Assembly: GCA_963743305.1 (NCBI GenBank)
Contig: CAVUPH010000028.1
Span: 1-64,000, forward strand
Source: an uncultured delta proteobacterium
GTDB lineage: Bacteria > Desulfobacterota > RBG-13-43-22
DNA length: 64,000 nt
Reading direction: 5' to 3'
The notes beneath the pieces are model-generated. The model worked only from the letters and a program-made list of their open reading frames with translations. It made no database searches and was not told where the DNA came from. Each line of letters begins with the position of its first letter. Within the stretch, counting starts at the first letter, position 1. Below, piece after piece: positions 1 through 12,378 of this stretch. The translations under genes and the position numbers were made by a program.

Positions 1-3
1 GAT

Positions 4-324
4 TTAGCCGACGATAAGATAGAATCCGGCGACAATAAGACCACTGACTACAAAGGCTCCCACGATTATACTGGTCAGCTTATCGGGAGCTACCGTTATG
101 CCCTGACCGTTATTCGCCTTGGCTAAGGCGAACCCCAAAACGACGAAGAGGATCAGGTCAAGAAGGGTATGGGTAATCCAGTGGTGCGGAGAGACGGCCT
201 TCATCCAGGCCAGAACCGGTTCGCTGACTTCTTTTAAAACGACCAGCAGCGCGCTGAACAGGCTGGTGATGGCGAAGGATAAGCCAAAAGACTTTCCATA
301 CTTGCCAATTTCGATATTTCCCAT
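4..324 (-). CDS. Small integral membrane protein, unknown function
   Basis: 106-aa ORF with about 3 hydrophobic segments; GAGGTG RBS-like sequence upstream; co-oriented with 347..802. Confidence 0.7.
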   Translation of the reverse strand: MGNIEIGKYGKSFGLSFAITSLFSALLVVLKEVSEPVLAWMKAVSPHHWITHTLLDLILFVVLGFALAKANNGQGITVAPDKLTSIIVGAFVVSGLIVAGFYLIVG

Positions 325-346
325 GTTTTCACCTCAACCCTTCTTT

Positions 347-802
347 CTATTTAGGGAGTAAAGCAACCCGGACACCCATACTGATAATGGCGCCGGCGCC
401 CTCCATGGCCACGGTGGTCAGGATAAGCAATCCTGTTGCCCAGAGCACAATCTTGCGCGCACCTTTATTGGCCACGGGGTTGTTATAAGCCATGATCGGC
501 AGAAAAGTAGCCAGCATGAGAAGCATCATCACCACGTGCTCTTTCGTTTCCATAAAAAAATTGTGGGCGAACGTCCATGGTCCTTTAAGAATGAACCCTC
601 TATCCACAGAATAGAAGACGACATAAAAATATCCCGCTAACAGATAAGTCAGCCACATTAGGCCGGCGATGATCAGGCTCATGATCCTAATCCTGGCCAG
701 GTTTTCTTCTTTGGCGTTTAACACGTCCACGAAAAGCCAAACCCCCGCCAGACCTAAGAGGGAACCTAAAACCGCATGCGACATTAAAAGAAAATTGGTC
801 AT
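347..802 (-). CDS. Integral membrane protein (about 4 TM), unknown function
   Basis: 151-aa hydrophobic ORF, AGGAGG RBS upstream. Confidence 0.75.
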   Translation of the reverse strand: MTNFLLMSHAVLGSLLGLAGVWLFVDVLNAKEENLARIRIMSLIIAGLMWLTYLLAGYFYVVFYSVDRGFILKGPWTFAHNFFMETKEHVVMMLLMLATFLPIMAYNNPVANKGARKIVLWATGLLILTTVAMEGAGAIISMGVRVALLPK

Positions 803-1201
803 TATGCCTCCTTTATGGCCTGCGCTCGAGGGGTGTTCGCTCCTCTATCCCCCGTCGATCGCATTTTGCTTGGAAATTTAGTTAAGGCATCGGCTGATTT
901 TTGCTTACACGTATGCCTCCGGAGGGGTTAATCATTCCCCACGGAGGCTTCACATCAGATATTTCTGCAATGGACTTTTCATGGCCTGCCTCAAACCATT
1001 TCACCTTCCATCGCTGGTGAGGTTTGTCTTTTAATACTTGTAGATATATTCTAGGGGTTAAAGAAACCAATGAAAATAGGGTAAATTGCGTATTTCTTAT
1101 TGAAAAAGTAGTTATTTCACAGGTATTCCAAGCAACTTTTCTTTCTCGACGATCCGAACTCCGATCTTTCCCAGCTCGGAGGGTACGGCGGATCTGAATG
1201 G

Positions 1202-1578
1202 GTGGACCTACGGCCCACCGGGCCGACCAGCCCCTGGACAAAATTTACCATCACCCCCGGTTTGAACCGGGCGCATACCCTCCAGGTGGCCGATAGGGAT
1301 AGGGACGGAGCCCTGACGTCCTCGTGGCCCGGATGCACACCTCGATCGAACGGGAAGGGATGGTTTGGTATAATCTGGACGGCCGGGGGACTTCCTGGCT
1401 GAAACAAGTGGGGGGCAGGTCGGGGTTGCACAACGGGCAAGTGGTGGACATCGGAAACAACGGCCGCTGGGATCTATTCGGAGCCAACAGGAGCGGCAAT
1501 CCACCGGTAAAGTTGTGGCTGAACATCCCGACCTTCCCAGTCACCGATCGCTGTTATCTGCCGTTGATCCTGCGGTAA
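1202..1578 (+). pseudogene. 3' remnant of an FG-GAP/VCBS-repeat surface protein ending in YLPLILR
   Basis: Joining two frames near 1320 gives AHTLQVADRDRDGALDV...HNGQVVDIGNNGRWDLFGAN (DxDxDG calcium-blade motifs); no good start codon. Confidence 0.55.
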
Positions 1579-1678
1579 AGCCGAGGAGGCTGCGGAAGGT
1601 CTGGAGGACTAGGAGCTAAAGAAAATTCACCATCCGGCGAAAACCAGACCCTGTCGGGCTAATGGGTCTTGAGACTGT

Positions 1679-2065
1679 TCACCCCTTCGGTTTGCACTTC
1701 AGCAGGGCCAAGCCCTGCTCAATCGCTTGAATAATCCGTTCCCGACGAAACGGTTTGGGGATATAATCAAAGGCCCCCTTCCGCAGGGCCTCCTCGGCGG
1801 CCCCCGGACTGTCGTGAGCCGTAATGATGATGACCGGGATTTGGGGATGACCGGCCCGGATCATTTCCAGCAATTGAAAATCGTCCATCCCCGGCATGTG
1901 CATATCGGCGATCACCAGAGCGATTTCCTTTTCCGCCAGGATCTGTTTCACTTCCAAAGGGTTGGGGGTGATGACCGGTTCATAGGGGGTTTGGGTCTGG
2001 ATGACGATCCGCAGCAGGACCAGCATATCGGTTTCGTCGTCAACGATTAATATCTTTTCAGCCAT
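1679..2065 (-). CDS. Single-domain response regulator (REC)
   Basis: KILIVDDE...ADMHMPGMD...ITAH...KPF. Confidence 0.9.
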   Translation of the reverse strand: MAEKILIVDDETDMLVLLRIVIQTQTPYEPVITPNPLEVKQILAEKEIALVIADMHMPGMDDFQLLEMIRAGHPQIPVIIITAHDSPGAAEEALRKGAFDYIPKPFRRERIIQAIEQGLALLKCKPKG

Positions 2066-2073
2066 GTTTATTG

Positions 2074-2494
2074 TCAGGCTTCCGTTTTAGGCTGCTCTTT
2101 GAAACCGGCCAGTTCCTTCTTCAGGGCGCCCCATTCCAAGGCTCGGTTGAGGGTGATCAGGATCTGCTCTTTCCGGAAAGGTTTGGTGATATAATCGTAG
2201 GCCCCGGCGGCAATGGACTCCTCCGCCGACTGGGAGGACCCGTAGGCGGTGATGACAATGACCGGAAGGTTCGGGGTAATATTCCTTAACTTTTTGGATC
2301 AGGTCGATCCCGCCCATGGCCGGCATGCGCAGATCGGTAATCAGGAGATCGGCATTGTGCTGCCGCATCAACCGGGGCACTTCCAGCGGGTTATTGGTGG
2401 TCACCACCTGATGGGGGGTCTTCTCGCTGATAATCATCTCCAGCAGTTCCAGCATATCCAGTTCGTCATCGACGATTATGATCTTGGCGCTCAT
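2074..2494 (-). CDS. Single-domain response regulator (REC), one frameshift near 2270
   Basis: KIIIVDDE...TDLRMP; a second frame continues VITAYGS...YITKPFRKEQIL. Confidence 0.8.
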
Positions 2495-2588
2495 GGGTGG
2501 TTCTCCAAATCCTTGTTAGGAAATTCACACCGGATGATTGATTTCTCCGGCTTCCTTCCGTGAAACTTAGAACGAATGCCGGCCTTTG

Positions 2589-5182
2589 TCAATAAGCGGG
2601 AGAACCGGCCAGTTCCGCCATCAGTTCCCGGCCGATATGTTCCTTGAAAAATTCCTCCGTCGACCATTCCACTATGGCGTCATTGAACATGACCATGTCC
2701 AGTTGTTTGGTATAAAGGGTCAACTTGCCCATGACGAAAAGGATCTTTTCCATCAGTTCCCGGGGGTAGCCGGATAAAACGGCGTCCAGGAAATCCAGCT
2801 TCCGAGTGACTTGAAAGCCCAGTTTATCGAGCACCTTGGTGATCACCCGGGTCCTCCGGTCCCGTCGTTCTACAGTGGCCCCTCCCCCCTTGAATATGAA
2901 TTTGATGAAATTTTCGTTTTCACTGGCACCCCCCGAATACTTCGATCGTGGAAAGATGATATCCCAGACGGATATTGAAATTCATATAATCTTCGGACAG
3001 CAGGGCAAAGCTTTTATCCGAATAGATCGACTTCCGATCCGTCGGTTGCGGTCTGGGCGACCACGGAGGCAAACCCCTTGATGTCCACCGGCTTGGGGGC
3101 GGGCCATTTCATGGATTCGATGCCTTTCCAGAGGGCCTGTAACGGCCAGGAATGAATATGTTCTATTTTTACCTTTGCTTTCCGGTGCTCCGGCTGGATC
3201 GCCTCTCCCAGATCGACTAAAAAAATCTCAATCGGAATCCGGGTGTCCAGTTTGATGGCTTTGGCCTCGGAGACCCTGGACTCTGGAACTCAGGTTAAAC
3301 ATTTCCTGGGTGGCGGTCTGATGAACGAAGCGGGTCAGATCATGATAGGTTTGACAGTTTTGAGGGATGAATCCCGGATCGAGGGGATCAATCAAGTTCA
3401 GGGGGACAATCTTGTCTAAGATCTTGTCAAACAACAGGAACAGAGAGGTCTCTTCAAAGAGATTATGCCGTTCCTCCCGCGTGCTCCACCAGATTTTCGA
3501 CGATTCCCTGGTAGACGATCCGGTTGCTCGCATCCACCGTCACTTCCAGACCGGGAGTCAGCACTTGGGTGGCCCTTTGGGTGTTCAGGATGGTCGGGAC
3601 ATGAAAGTCCCTGGCCAGGGCCGCCATATGGCTGGCGGCGCTGCCCAGGTCGGTAATAATCCCCCGGGTCCGGTTCATAACCGTCACGTACTTGGGGGAA
3701 GGCACCCGCGCGACCAGGATGGCCCCGTCGGGAAAGCCCGACCAGATCCTCATCCCGGTGGACCACCACCACCGGACCGGTCCCCACCCCCGGAGCCCCC
3801 AGGACCCCGGTGTCCAATAAAATGGGATGTCGGATCGGATCTATTTTTTCCCCGTTCGTTTTCCCGGGCCGGTTTGGCTTCAAATACCTTGAGCGGCCGG
3901 GTCTGGAGGATATACAGCTTTCCCTGACCGTCCACGGCCCATTCAATATCCTGGGGATGTCGATAATGGTCCTCGATCCGTTTGGCGATCACGGCCAGTT
4001 CCAGGATCAACGGCTCCGTTAAGGAAGGGCGGTTCCGCTCTTCCGAGGGAACCGAAATCGCTTCCAAATCACCCGGGCCGCTGCAGACCAACAACGTTTC
4101 CTTGCAGGCCAGGATCGATCTCCTTGACCTGAAAAGGCTCTTTCTTGGAAACCAGGAAAACGTCCGGCGTAACCGACCCGTCCACCACGGCCTGTCCCAG
4201 GCCCCAGTGGCCATGGATGACCAGTTCTTCCCGCTCCGGATTCATCGGATCCACGGTATACAGCACGCCCGCGGCCCGAGCCTGGACCATGGCGATACAG
4301 CCCGTACCCATGGCCAGGTCTTCTTCCCGGAAGCCTTTGCCCAGGAAGTAGAAGATCGCCCGGGGCGTGAACTTGCTGGCCACGATCTCCCGGTAGCGCC
4401 GTCCTACCTGATCCGAAGGCACATTAAGCACTGTTCCATACTGCCCGGCAAAGGAAATCTTACTGTCCTCCCCCAGGGCACTGCTGCGCACAGCGAAAGA
4501 AATCGCCGGGCCCCTGACGGTCAACCAGGGATTTGATTTCCCGGTCGATGGCCTCCTGCAAGGCCGGAGGAAGTTCCTTTTCCAGGATCATTTCTTGGAT
4601 CTCCCGGCTGACTACGATCAGGTCCTCCAGGTTGTCGATATCCAATCGGGCCAACCGCTGGGAAATGGCCTCCTGAAGCCGATGAGCGTCGATGAAATCC
4701 TTATAGGCCTGAGCGGTAATGGCAAAGCCCTCCGGCACGGTCACCCGGACCCGGTTGCGCAATTCTCCGAGGTTGGCCATTTTGCCGCCCACACTGTCTT
4801 CCTTCTCCCGGGTGATTTCCTCCAGGGACAGGACCGGAGAGTCCGGAGGAATTTTCTTTCGGCGGGATAAAAAATCCTCGAGTTCCTCTCGCATCCGGCT
4901 GTAAACCGGGTAAAGGTCCTTATAGCCTCCTTCGGAGATTTCGTTCAAATTCTGGATAAGGTGATAGACTTTTTCGGAGAGCCGCCGCACATTGGACCGC
5001 AGGTACTGCATGTCGAAGAGAAAATCTCCGTCCCGTTTCTCCTCCAGGTCGGTGATGATCTCCAGGATCTCCCGGTTTTCTTCCAACAGGGATCGAAAGG
5101 CCCCATAGCGGTGACGAAGCGATTCCACATCCTCCGGCCGGGACGTGTCTTTCTTCTTAAAAAAATCGGTCAGTTTAACCAT
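2589..5182 (-). CDS. PEP synthase/pyruvate,water dikinase-like protein (ATP-grasp plus phospho-His domain), multiply frameshifted
   Basis: Fragments in order: VGGKMANLGE, FAVRSSALGEDS..SFAGQY, PQDIEWAVD..LYILQTRP, TDLGSAASHMAALARDFHVP. Confidence 0.8.
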
Positions 5183-5187
5183 GATAC

Positions 5188-5219
5188 CCTCGCAAAAAGT
5201 CCAAAAACGACTTTTTGCC
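5188..5219. repeat. Collapsed copy of the CTCGCAAAAAGTC...GACTTTTTGCG inverted-repeat family
   Basis: ctcgcaaaaagtccaaaaacgactttttgc; a longer copy lies at 56820-56975. Confidence 0.6.
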
Positions 5220-5330
5220 GGACGGGAAATGGCCGTCCCTCTCCCGCCATTTGAGGTGAATTCGTATTTCGAATGTACAGGTCCTCATGGTTCAAATGCT
5301 ACCGATTATTTTTCTAGATAGAAATCCGTA

Positions 5331-5462
5331 ACGCTTCGACCTATTGGGCGGGTACCCTCGCCTATCAGGTTGGCCGCCGGGTCTTGGCGGCCACGGAGGT
5401 CCAATTTTAGGATCGTCTGTCTATATTGTGGCCGCCCAGCTAAAAGGGCGATTTTCAACCAA
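5331..5462 (-). repeat. Nested palindromic element, medium copy
   Basis: Reverse complement aligns with both ends of 58622-58950 (tcgccctttt..ggccacaatat..cctccgtggccgcc / gacccggcggcc..gggtaccc.ccca..cgaagcgt). Confidence 0.8.
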
Positions 5463-5490
5463 CTAGGTACGCCATGAATCGCTCCCCCCT

Positions 5491-5926
5491 CTAACCCTGT
5501 TGTTTTAGACGCAACGCTTCCAATTCCTTCTTTAGCGCCAGGTTTTCCTTCTGGAGGCGCCGGAATTTCATGGCCTTTTCTACGGTCAGCAGGATCTGCT
5601 CCTGGCGGAAAGGCTTGGTAATATAATCCAGGGCCCCCTTTCGCATGGCCTCAATGGCCGATTCGACGGTTCCGTAGGCCGTCAGAATAATATACGGAAG
5701 CTGGGGGTCGATCTCTCGCACCCGATCCAGCAGTTCCATCCCGTCCATTTGAGGCATCCGCAGGTCACTGATCAACAAATCAAAGCCGCCTTTTTCAAGA
5801 TAGCTCCGGGACCTCTTGGGGATTGCTGACGGTTACTACCTGGTAGGCGGTCCGATCGGTGATGATCAGTTCCAGCAGCTCCCGCATATCCAATTCATCA
5901 TCGACGATCAGGATTTTTTCAGACAT
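5491..5926 (-). CDS. Response regulator (REC plus coiled-coil tail), one frameshift near 5800
   Basis: [14 protein letters not shown]... then LISDLRMPQMDG...LTAYGT...TKPF. Confidence 0.85.
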
Positions 5927-8188
5927 CGCCGTCTCCCTCGGCGTCTATCCCCCGCCGGGAATGATACGCCGGGAAAGTGAGGGTAAAAACCGTCCCGTGA
6001 TGATCGGGATCTTCCTCGACGGTTTTGGTCTCCATGGCGATGGTCCCCCCGTAATGGGTAATGATATTATAGGTTACGGTGAGGCCCAGACCGGTCCCTT
6101 CGCCGACCTGCTTGGTGGTAAAAAAAGGATCGTAGATGCGCTCTCGGTTTTCCTTGCGGATGCCGGTCCCGGTGTCGGCAATCACGATTTTCACCCGGTC
6201 GGTAGTCGTCCTCCCAGCCGGTGGACAAGGTCAGGGCCCCGCCCTCCGGCATGGCCCCCATGGCATTGCTGATCAAATTCATAAAGACCTGCTTGAGTTG
6301 AATCGGATCAACCTTGATCCGGGGCAGGTCCTTCCCCAGGTTCTAGATTAACCTGGACCTTTTTGATCATCAGGTTATTCCGGACCACATCCAAAATATT
6401 TTCCAGATGGGCGTTCACGTCGCTGATGTCGTCGTAGCGCTCGCTGTAACGGGAAAAGCTGAGCAGGTTTTCCACGATCCTTTTGCACTGGTTGCCCTGC
6501 CGCTCGATCTTCTCCAAAATCTTGTAGGACTTCTCTTCCGGCGGCGTTTTTTCGATCAAATATTCGCAGTAACCTAAAATGATCCGAGCGGATTGTTGAT
6601 CTCATGGGCCACCCCGGCGGCCAGCAAACCCAGAGAGGCCAGTTTCTCGGTGTTCATCATCTGTTTTTCGATTTTCTTTTTTTCGGTGACATTCGCGCGA
6701 AATTCCCAGGATGGCCTGCACCTGACCCTGTTCATTCCTGATGACAATCAATTGGGTCTGAGCCAGTGTTCATTATCCGCTAGGCGAACCAATGTTCAAT
6801 AGACCTTGGGTTTCGCCTCTTTGCCAGACTTCCTCGACACAAGGGGTTGAAGGTCCTCGGAGATGCCGAAAGCCGAAAGATGCTTTTCCCAGAAAGTCCC
6901 GGGGAAGTTCCGATGGTGGTTGGGCTTTCTGGCGAGGTTCATTTCATTTCCGGCTTTATCCCCCGTACCTTGCAGAAAGCTCGCCCCGTAAGGAATTAAT
7001 GGATAAAAACCGGCCTTCCCGATTGATGGAAAAAATGACGTCTTCAGCGCTTTCCACCAGTTTTTTGTAACGCTCCTCCGATCGCCGCAGTTCTCTGGTC
7101 TTTTCTTCGATTTCTTTTTTAAGAATTTTTGCATTCTGCCATTCGTAGCCGATGATGAAGAGACTGCCGCAAAGAATGGCGAATAAAATAACCCCCTGCA
7201 CGACGAACTGGCGGGTGTAGGCGGTATGAATCACCTCGTCCACTTCAGTGACCGGGGCCGCCACGGCCACGGACCAGTTGAGGCTTTGCGGGGGCAGATG
7301 CAAACGGATGGGGGCGAAGGCGATCAGTTTCTTGATGTCTCCGGTCACGCCCCGGTGCCAGCCGGAGACATAGAAAGAAGTCCCTTGTTCGCCCCGGAGC
7401 ATCTTTTCCTTTTGGATCTGGTTGATCTTGGCAAAGGAAATCTTGACCCCCCGTTGTTCGCGGACCTCAAAAGCGTTTTTACCAATGAACTCTTTCACCG
7501 GGTGGTAGAGGAAATTCCCCTGCTGGTCGATTACCCAGGCATATCCGGTTTTTCCGGAGCGGATGTCCTTGACCATCTGGCTGACAAAAAGATCGGTATC
7601 CAGGAGCAGATAAATAAAACCGGCGAATTGATGGCTGGGTACCGGGTGGGCATCATCCGCCGAATTCAGATAAGTGGGTAAGACCAGGGTCATAACCTGC
7701 TGCTGGGATTGGCCGGCGATCTCTTGGGGCGGTTTGGCAAAAAGGGCGCTGTTTTTATTTTCGTTCCGGCGGGCCCAGGATAAAACCTCCTTGAATTGGG
7801 GAGATACCGGATAGGTGCGAATTTCATCCTCCATGGTAACGGCCTGGGTCTGTTTTCCCTGGCCGTCTACCCGGCCGATCTCCAGGACCCCGGTACCCCG
7901 CATCATCGAGAGGGTAATTTTAATCCGGTTGGCCCAGGAGACCCTTTCCAGGTATTGGACCGAAGGGGATTGGTTCAGGGTGGTCAGGTCCTGGGTTATA
8001 TTGAGAAACTGGTTCTCCAATTGGCGGGCCGCGTGCTGGGCCAGCTCGAGTTGCTGTTGATTGAATTGGTCGCTGACGATCTCCTTCATGGTGGTGAGGG
8101 AATAAAAACCGAGGATCAATCCGCCCAGCAGCAAGGCCAGGGTCAGGAGGCCAATGGACAGGATTATTTTTTTAGAAGGCAGTACCAT
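5919..8188 (-). CDS. Cache/PAS sensor histidine kinase, multiply frameshifted
   Basis: N-terminal TM plus Cache ([10 protein letters not shown]), H-box [11 protein letters not shown] near 6600, N-box NLISNA, G-boxes DTGTGI / FFTTK / GTGLGL. Confidence 0.85.
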
Positions 8189-8310
8189 AGAAGCAACTCA
8201 TCGGGAAATTAGGGTTGGTACGAAAACAGATACTGGATAAAGACAAAAAGCGATACCGCATCCGGGGTCCTTCCCTCGGAAGGACTCGGGTAGCACTTTC
8301 GGACCTGTTG

Positions 8311-8385
8311 AAATCCCCCTAAATCCCCCTTTGCAAAGGGGGACTTCAACTCCCCCCTTAGAAAAAGGGGCGGGGGGGGATTTTC
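8311..8385. repeat. REP-like palindromic element
   Basis: aaatcccc..tccccctttgcaaaggggga..ggggggatttt nested stems in an intergenic region. Confidence 0.6.
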
Positions 8386-8405
8386 GTCCCACAGGGGGCT
8401 CCGTA

Positions 8406-8846
8406 CTATTTCACCACCAGCACATTCACCCCGGTCTGTTTGATCAACTCCTGGACGTGGTCTTCCACCTCTCCCCCGAAGAGGATTTTTTCAAAAAAAG
8501 ACCGGTCTTCATGCCCCAGGACCAGCAGGTCGGCCTTTTCCTCCGCGATGACCTGCTTCAGGACCTCCAGAACGGCGCCGGAGCGGATAATCTTTCGGGG
8601 GGTCACCCCCAGGGCCTGGGCCGACGCTTCGGCCCTTTCCAGGATGTGGCCGCCCAGGTGCTCCAGGGTCTTTTCCGCGAAATCCGGAGTGAGCTGGATG
8701 GTCATGCCCTTCAGAAAATTGACATCCACGGCATACACATAGGTCAACCCGGCCTGGTTTTCCTTGGCCAACCGGGCCGACTCCCGGGCCGCTTTCTGGG
8801 AAGGTTCCGAACCGGTAACCCCGCAAACAATATTTTTATAGGTCAT
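8406..8846 (-). CDS. Universal stress protein (UspA family)
   Basis: YKNIVCGVTGSEPS...ADLLVLG...VLVVK. Confidence 0.9.
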   Translation of the reverse strand: MTYKNIVCGVTGSEPSQKAARESARLAKENQAGLTYVYAVDVNFLKGMTIQLTPDFAEKTLEHLGGHILERAEASAQALGVTPRKIIRSGAVLEVLKQVIAEEKADLLVLGHEDRSFFEKILFGGEVEDHVQELIKQTGVNVLVVK

Positions 8847-8963
8847 GATAGAACTCCCTTAAGTTCTTAGAGGAAATTATTAATGCGCATTTCCAGTAGA
8901 TCACCGATTGCCGGTGCCGCTTTTCATTATAAACCGGTAACCGGCAACTCGCAATCTATTTTA

Positions 8964-10710
8964 TTACATCTCCACCAGCAACAGCCAGAACGAACAGAGG
9001 ATAATAGTAATGATCATGGGGATAAAAGCCGCCTTCAAATAATACATGAAGGAGATGGGATAGCCGGCCCGCTCGGCCATGCCCACGGTGACCACGTTGG
9101 CGCTGGCCCCGATCATGGTCCCGTTGCCGCCCAGACAGGCCCCCAGGGACAAGGCCCACCAGAGGACCCCGCTCTGGGCCCCGGGGATGACCGTGGTCAG
9201 GTAGGCCACAATGGGCAGCATGGTGGCCGTGAAGGGAATGTTGTCGATGATGGCCGAGGCCAGGGCCGAGACCCAGAGGATCATCAGGATCGCCACCACC
9301 AGGGAGCCGCCGGAAACGTTCTTGACCCAGTCGGCAATGATCTGGATCAGTCCCGTTTCCTCGGCGCCGGCCACCACCACGAACAGCATCATGAAAAAGA
9401 TCAGGGTGGGCCACTCGATCTCCTTTTCCAGCATCTCTACGATGTCCACCCGGCTGATGACCATCAGCAGGGCGGCCCCGATCAGGGCAGCGACGGCGGG
9501 CTCCATGTGCAGGGCCCCGTGGATGATGAAGAGAAAGATGGTCAGACCCAGCATCAGACCACAGTAGATAAAGTAATTTTTTATTGGTGATTTTATATTC
9601 TTCCCGCAGGTGGTTGATCATCTTCTGGACATCCCCCACCTGGGCCTTCAGATAATCTTTTTTATACCAGTAAATGAAATAAACAATGATCACGATCAGA
9701 CAGATCAGGTTGATCACGGTCAGGTGTCTGACGAAATCCATGAAGGTCAGCTTGGCGTAGGAACCGATCATGATATTGGGCGGGTCCCCGATCAGGGTGG
9801 CCGTGCCGCCCACATTGGAGGCAAAGGCCTCGGGCAGCAGCAGGGTAATCGGGTTTATTTTTAGGGTGATGGCGATCTCGATGGTCACGGGGATGATCAG
9901 CATCATGGTGGTGACGTTGTCCAGAAAGGCCGAGACGAAGGCGGTGATGAACATCATGATGCCGGCTATGGCATAGACGTTGCCCCGGGCTAACTGATAG
10001 GACTTGTAGGCGATCCACTGGAAGACCCCGGTCTTCTTGGTGACCCCGACGATGATCATCATGGCCATGAGCAAGAGGATGACGTTCATGTCCACGGCCT
10101 TCATAGCGCTCTCAAAATTGAGGATGGTGTACTCCGGGTTGAAGTGCCCGGCGGTATAGGTGATAGTCATCATCAGGGCGGCCCCCAGCAGGGCAGCCAG
10201 GGTCCGGTGCATGATTTCAAAGGCAATCAGGACATAGACCCCCAGGAGGATCAGGGTGGCGATCCAGAAGGCCGGGGAGACGGCCCGCGCCAGGGCCAGA
10301 CTCTGGTGGGCCAGATAATAGCGATTTCCTTTAGCGTCGATCTTTTCCTGGACCGGATTGGCCAGGGTCACCCGTTCTGATTTTTTATAAGATGGTTTTT
10401 CGGCCTCCAGTTCCACCCGGGTCTGGGCCAGGGTGCCGGCCGGTAATTTTAATTCGACTTTATAGATCCCGTTCGGCGCGGTGGTGGTTTCTTCTTCCAT
10501 TTCCACCTTTTTCCCGTTTGCAAAAAAGGTCAGCCCCACCTCCTTGACCGGTTTGCCCTGCACATTGGCCACGGTGCCGGAAATGACCAGGATATCGGAC
10601 GGCCTTGGGGAGGGCGTCGGTTTTTCTGCTTCCGAGGCTTCGATCACTCCTGCCGGAATGGCCATCAGGAAAAGTAAGGCCAGAATATAGGCTAAGAACT
10701 TTCTTTTCAT
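8964..10710 (-). CDS. ArsB/NhaD/SLC13-type anion permease with an N-terminal periplasmic domain, one frameshift near 9560
   Basis: SAFLDNVTT, ASNVGGTATLIGDPPN, IIDNIPF, GGNGTMIGASAN motifs; signal peptide. Confidence 0.88.
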
Positions 10711-10848
10711 TAAACCCGCTCCTTCCTTAATTTGATGCGTGTAGATTTCAACTGACCAGATTAATTCCCTCTTCTCGCTCTTCCTCCCGATTACCCGGCG
10801 CGACGGACGAGGTTACCCCCGCCCGTAGCAGAATGAAGGAAAGATAGG

Positions 10849-12378
10849 TCACTTAACCAGGATCGGCATCCCGAGCATAGGCCAGATGATGGTAATAAAA
10901 ACGGCCAGTACCCCGATCAACACGATACTGGCAGGAATCCCGGCCCAGAAAAATTCCCCGGTAGTGAATTGCTTGGACTCGTAAGACATGGCATTGGGCG
11001 CCGCTCCGATCAGCAACACAAAGGGCATGCCGGCGGTGACCAGGGAAGCGAAAAATACCACTTCCGGGCTGACCCCCAGATATTTGGCAATGACCAGGGA
11101 AACCGGCAGACGATATGGCAATGGCCGCCACGTTCATGATGAAGTTGGTCATGATCAAGACAAAGGTGGCGATGCTCAAGACAAAGACCAGCCAGTGAGA
11201 CTGCTTGAACATGTTCAGCCAATGCACGGCCATCCATTGGGCCGAGCCCACATTCCAGAGACAGAAGCCGATGCTCATGGCGCCGCTGAACAGCAAGAAC
11301 GATGTTCCAGGGAATATCCTCCAGTTCTCGCACTTCCAGGAGCCGGGCGAAGAAAAACAAGAGCCCGGCCACCAGGATGATGGCCGACCGGTCTAGATAT
11401 TTCATGGCCGGAGTGAAAGACTGCAAGGTCATGACGATCACTATCCCGATTACCGTAAAAATAACAAATTTTTCCTTACCGGCCATAGGTCCCAATTGTC
11501 GATATAGATCTTCGGCTTTTTTCTTTAATCCTTCGATTCTCGGCTTTTCGGGTTTAAAGAAAAGTGATCAGTATGAGCCAATCAGACAATAACCATGATC
11601 CAGAAAGGGGAACCAGGTATTTGGAAAGATCGAAAAAAGTAATATCCTGACCGGTAAATTGCTTGAACATCCCCACCCCGGCCGGGGCCCGGGCCGAACC
11701 CAGCATGGTGGCGACGCTTCCGGCCCCGGCGGCGTAGGCCATGCCGATGAAGAGGGCCTTGCCGAATTTGGTCGGCCGGTCGCCTTCACCGTAGAGCGAG
11801 TAGATGGCCATGAGGATAGGGAAAACCGTGGCCGCCGCCGCGGTGTGGGCCATAAAATGGGCCAGGGCGGCCACGAGTAATCATGGTCCCCAGCAGGATG
11901 GTCTTGGTGTTTTCCCCGACTAATGGCCAGCATTTTATAGGCCAGACGCCGGGTCAGACCGGATTTGGTAAAGGCCAAGCCGACCAGCAGAGAACCGAAA
12001 GATGAACATGACCGAAGGGTCCATGAAGTCCGGAAGGCGTCCTAGGCCTGCGGATCCAGAAAACGGCCTGAAAGAGCGCCGATGGCGATGCTGGTTACTC
12101 CGATGGGCACCACTTCAAAGACCCACCAGATGCCGGCCATCAGAAAAAGCCCGATGGCCGCCTTGCCCTGCTGGAAATAGCGAAAGTGCTTTCCCGGTCG
12201 GATCCACGCGTCGGGCAGCGGGGCATCAGGTAGAACCAGAAAAAGAGGGCCAGCCCCAGAGCGACGAAAAAAGATCCTCTTCCAGTCAATTCGCTTGTAT
12301 AAGGGGGCTAGCTTTGATTTCATCGGGTATTTCAGGAAGTCCGGCGGATACGACCGGTTTTTTCTTTGCGTCAGTCAT
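10849..12378 (-). CDS. SLC13/DASS family anion permease, multiply frameshifted
   Basis: Fragments GIWWVFEVVPIGVT, HFMAHTAAAATVFP, YAAGAGS, TNFIMNVAA, LIGAAPNA. Confidence 0.8.

Noticed and set aside
860-1100. Possible riboswitch upstream of the two membrane protein genes
   Set aside because: Some stems are present, but I could not match the fluoride, Moco, c-di-GMP or cobalamin consensus; an Rfam scan is needed
8198-8392. 64-aa ORF MGRKSPPAPFSKGG...
   Set aside because: Translation of the palindromic REP-like element, not a credible gene
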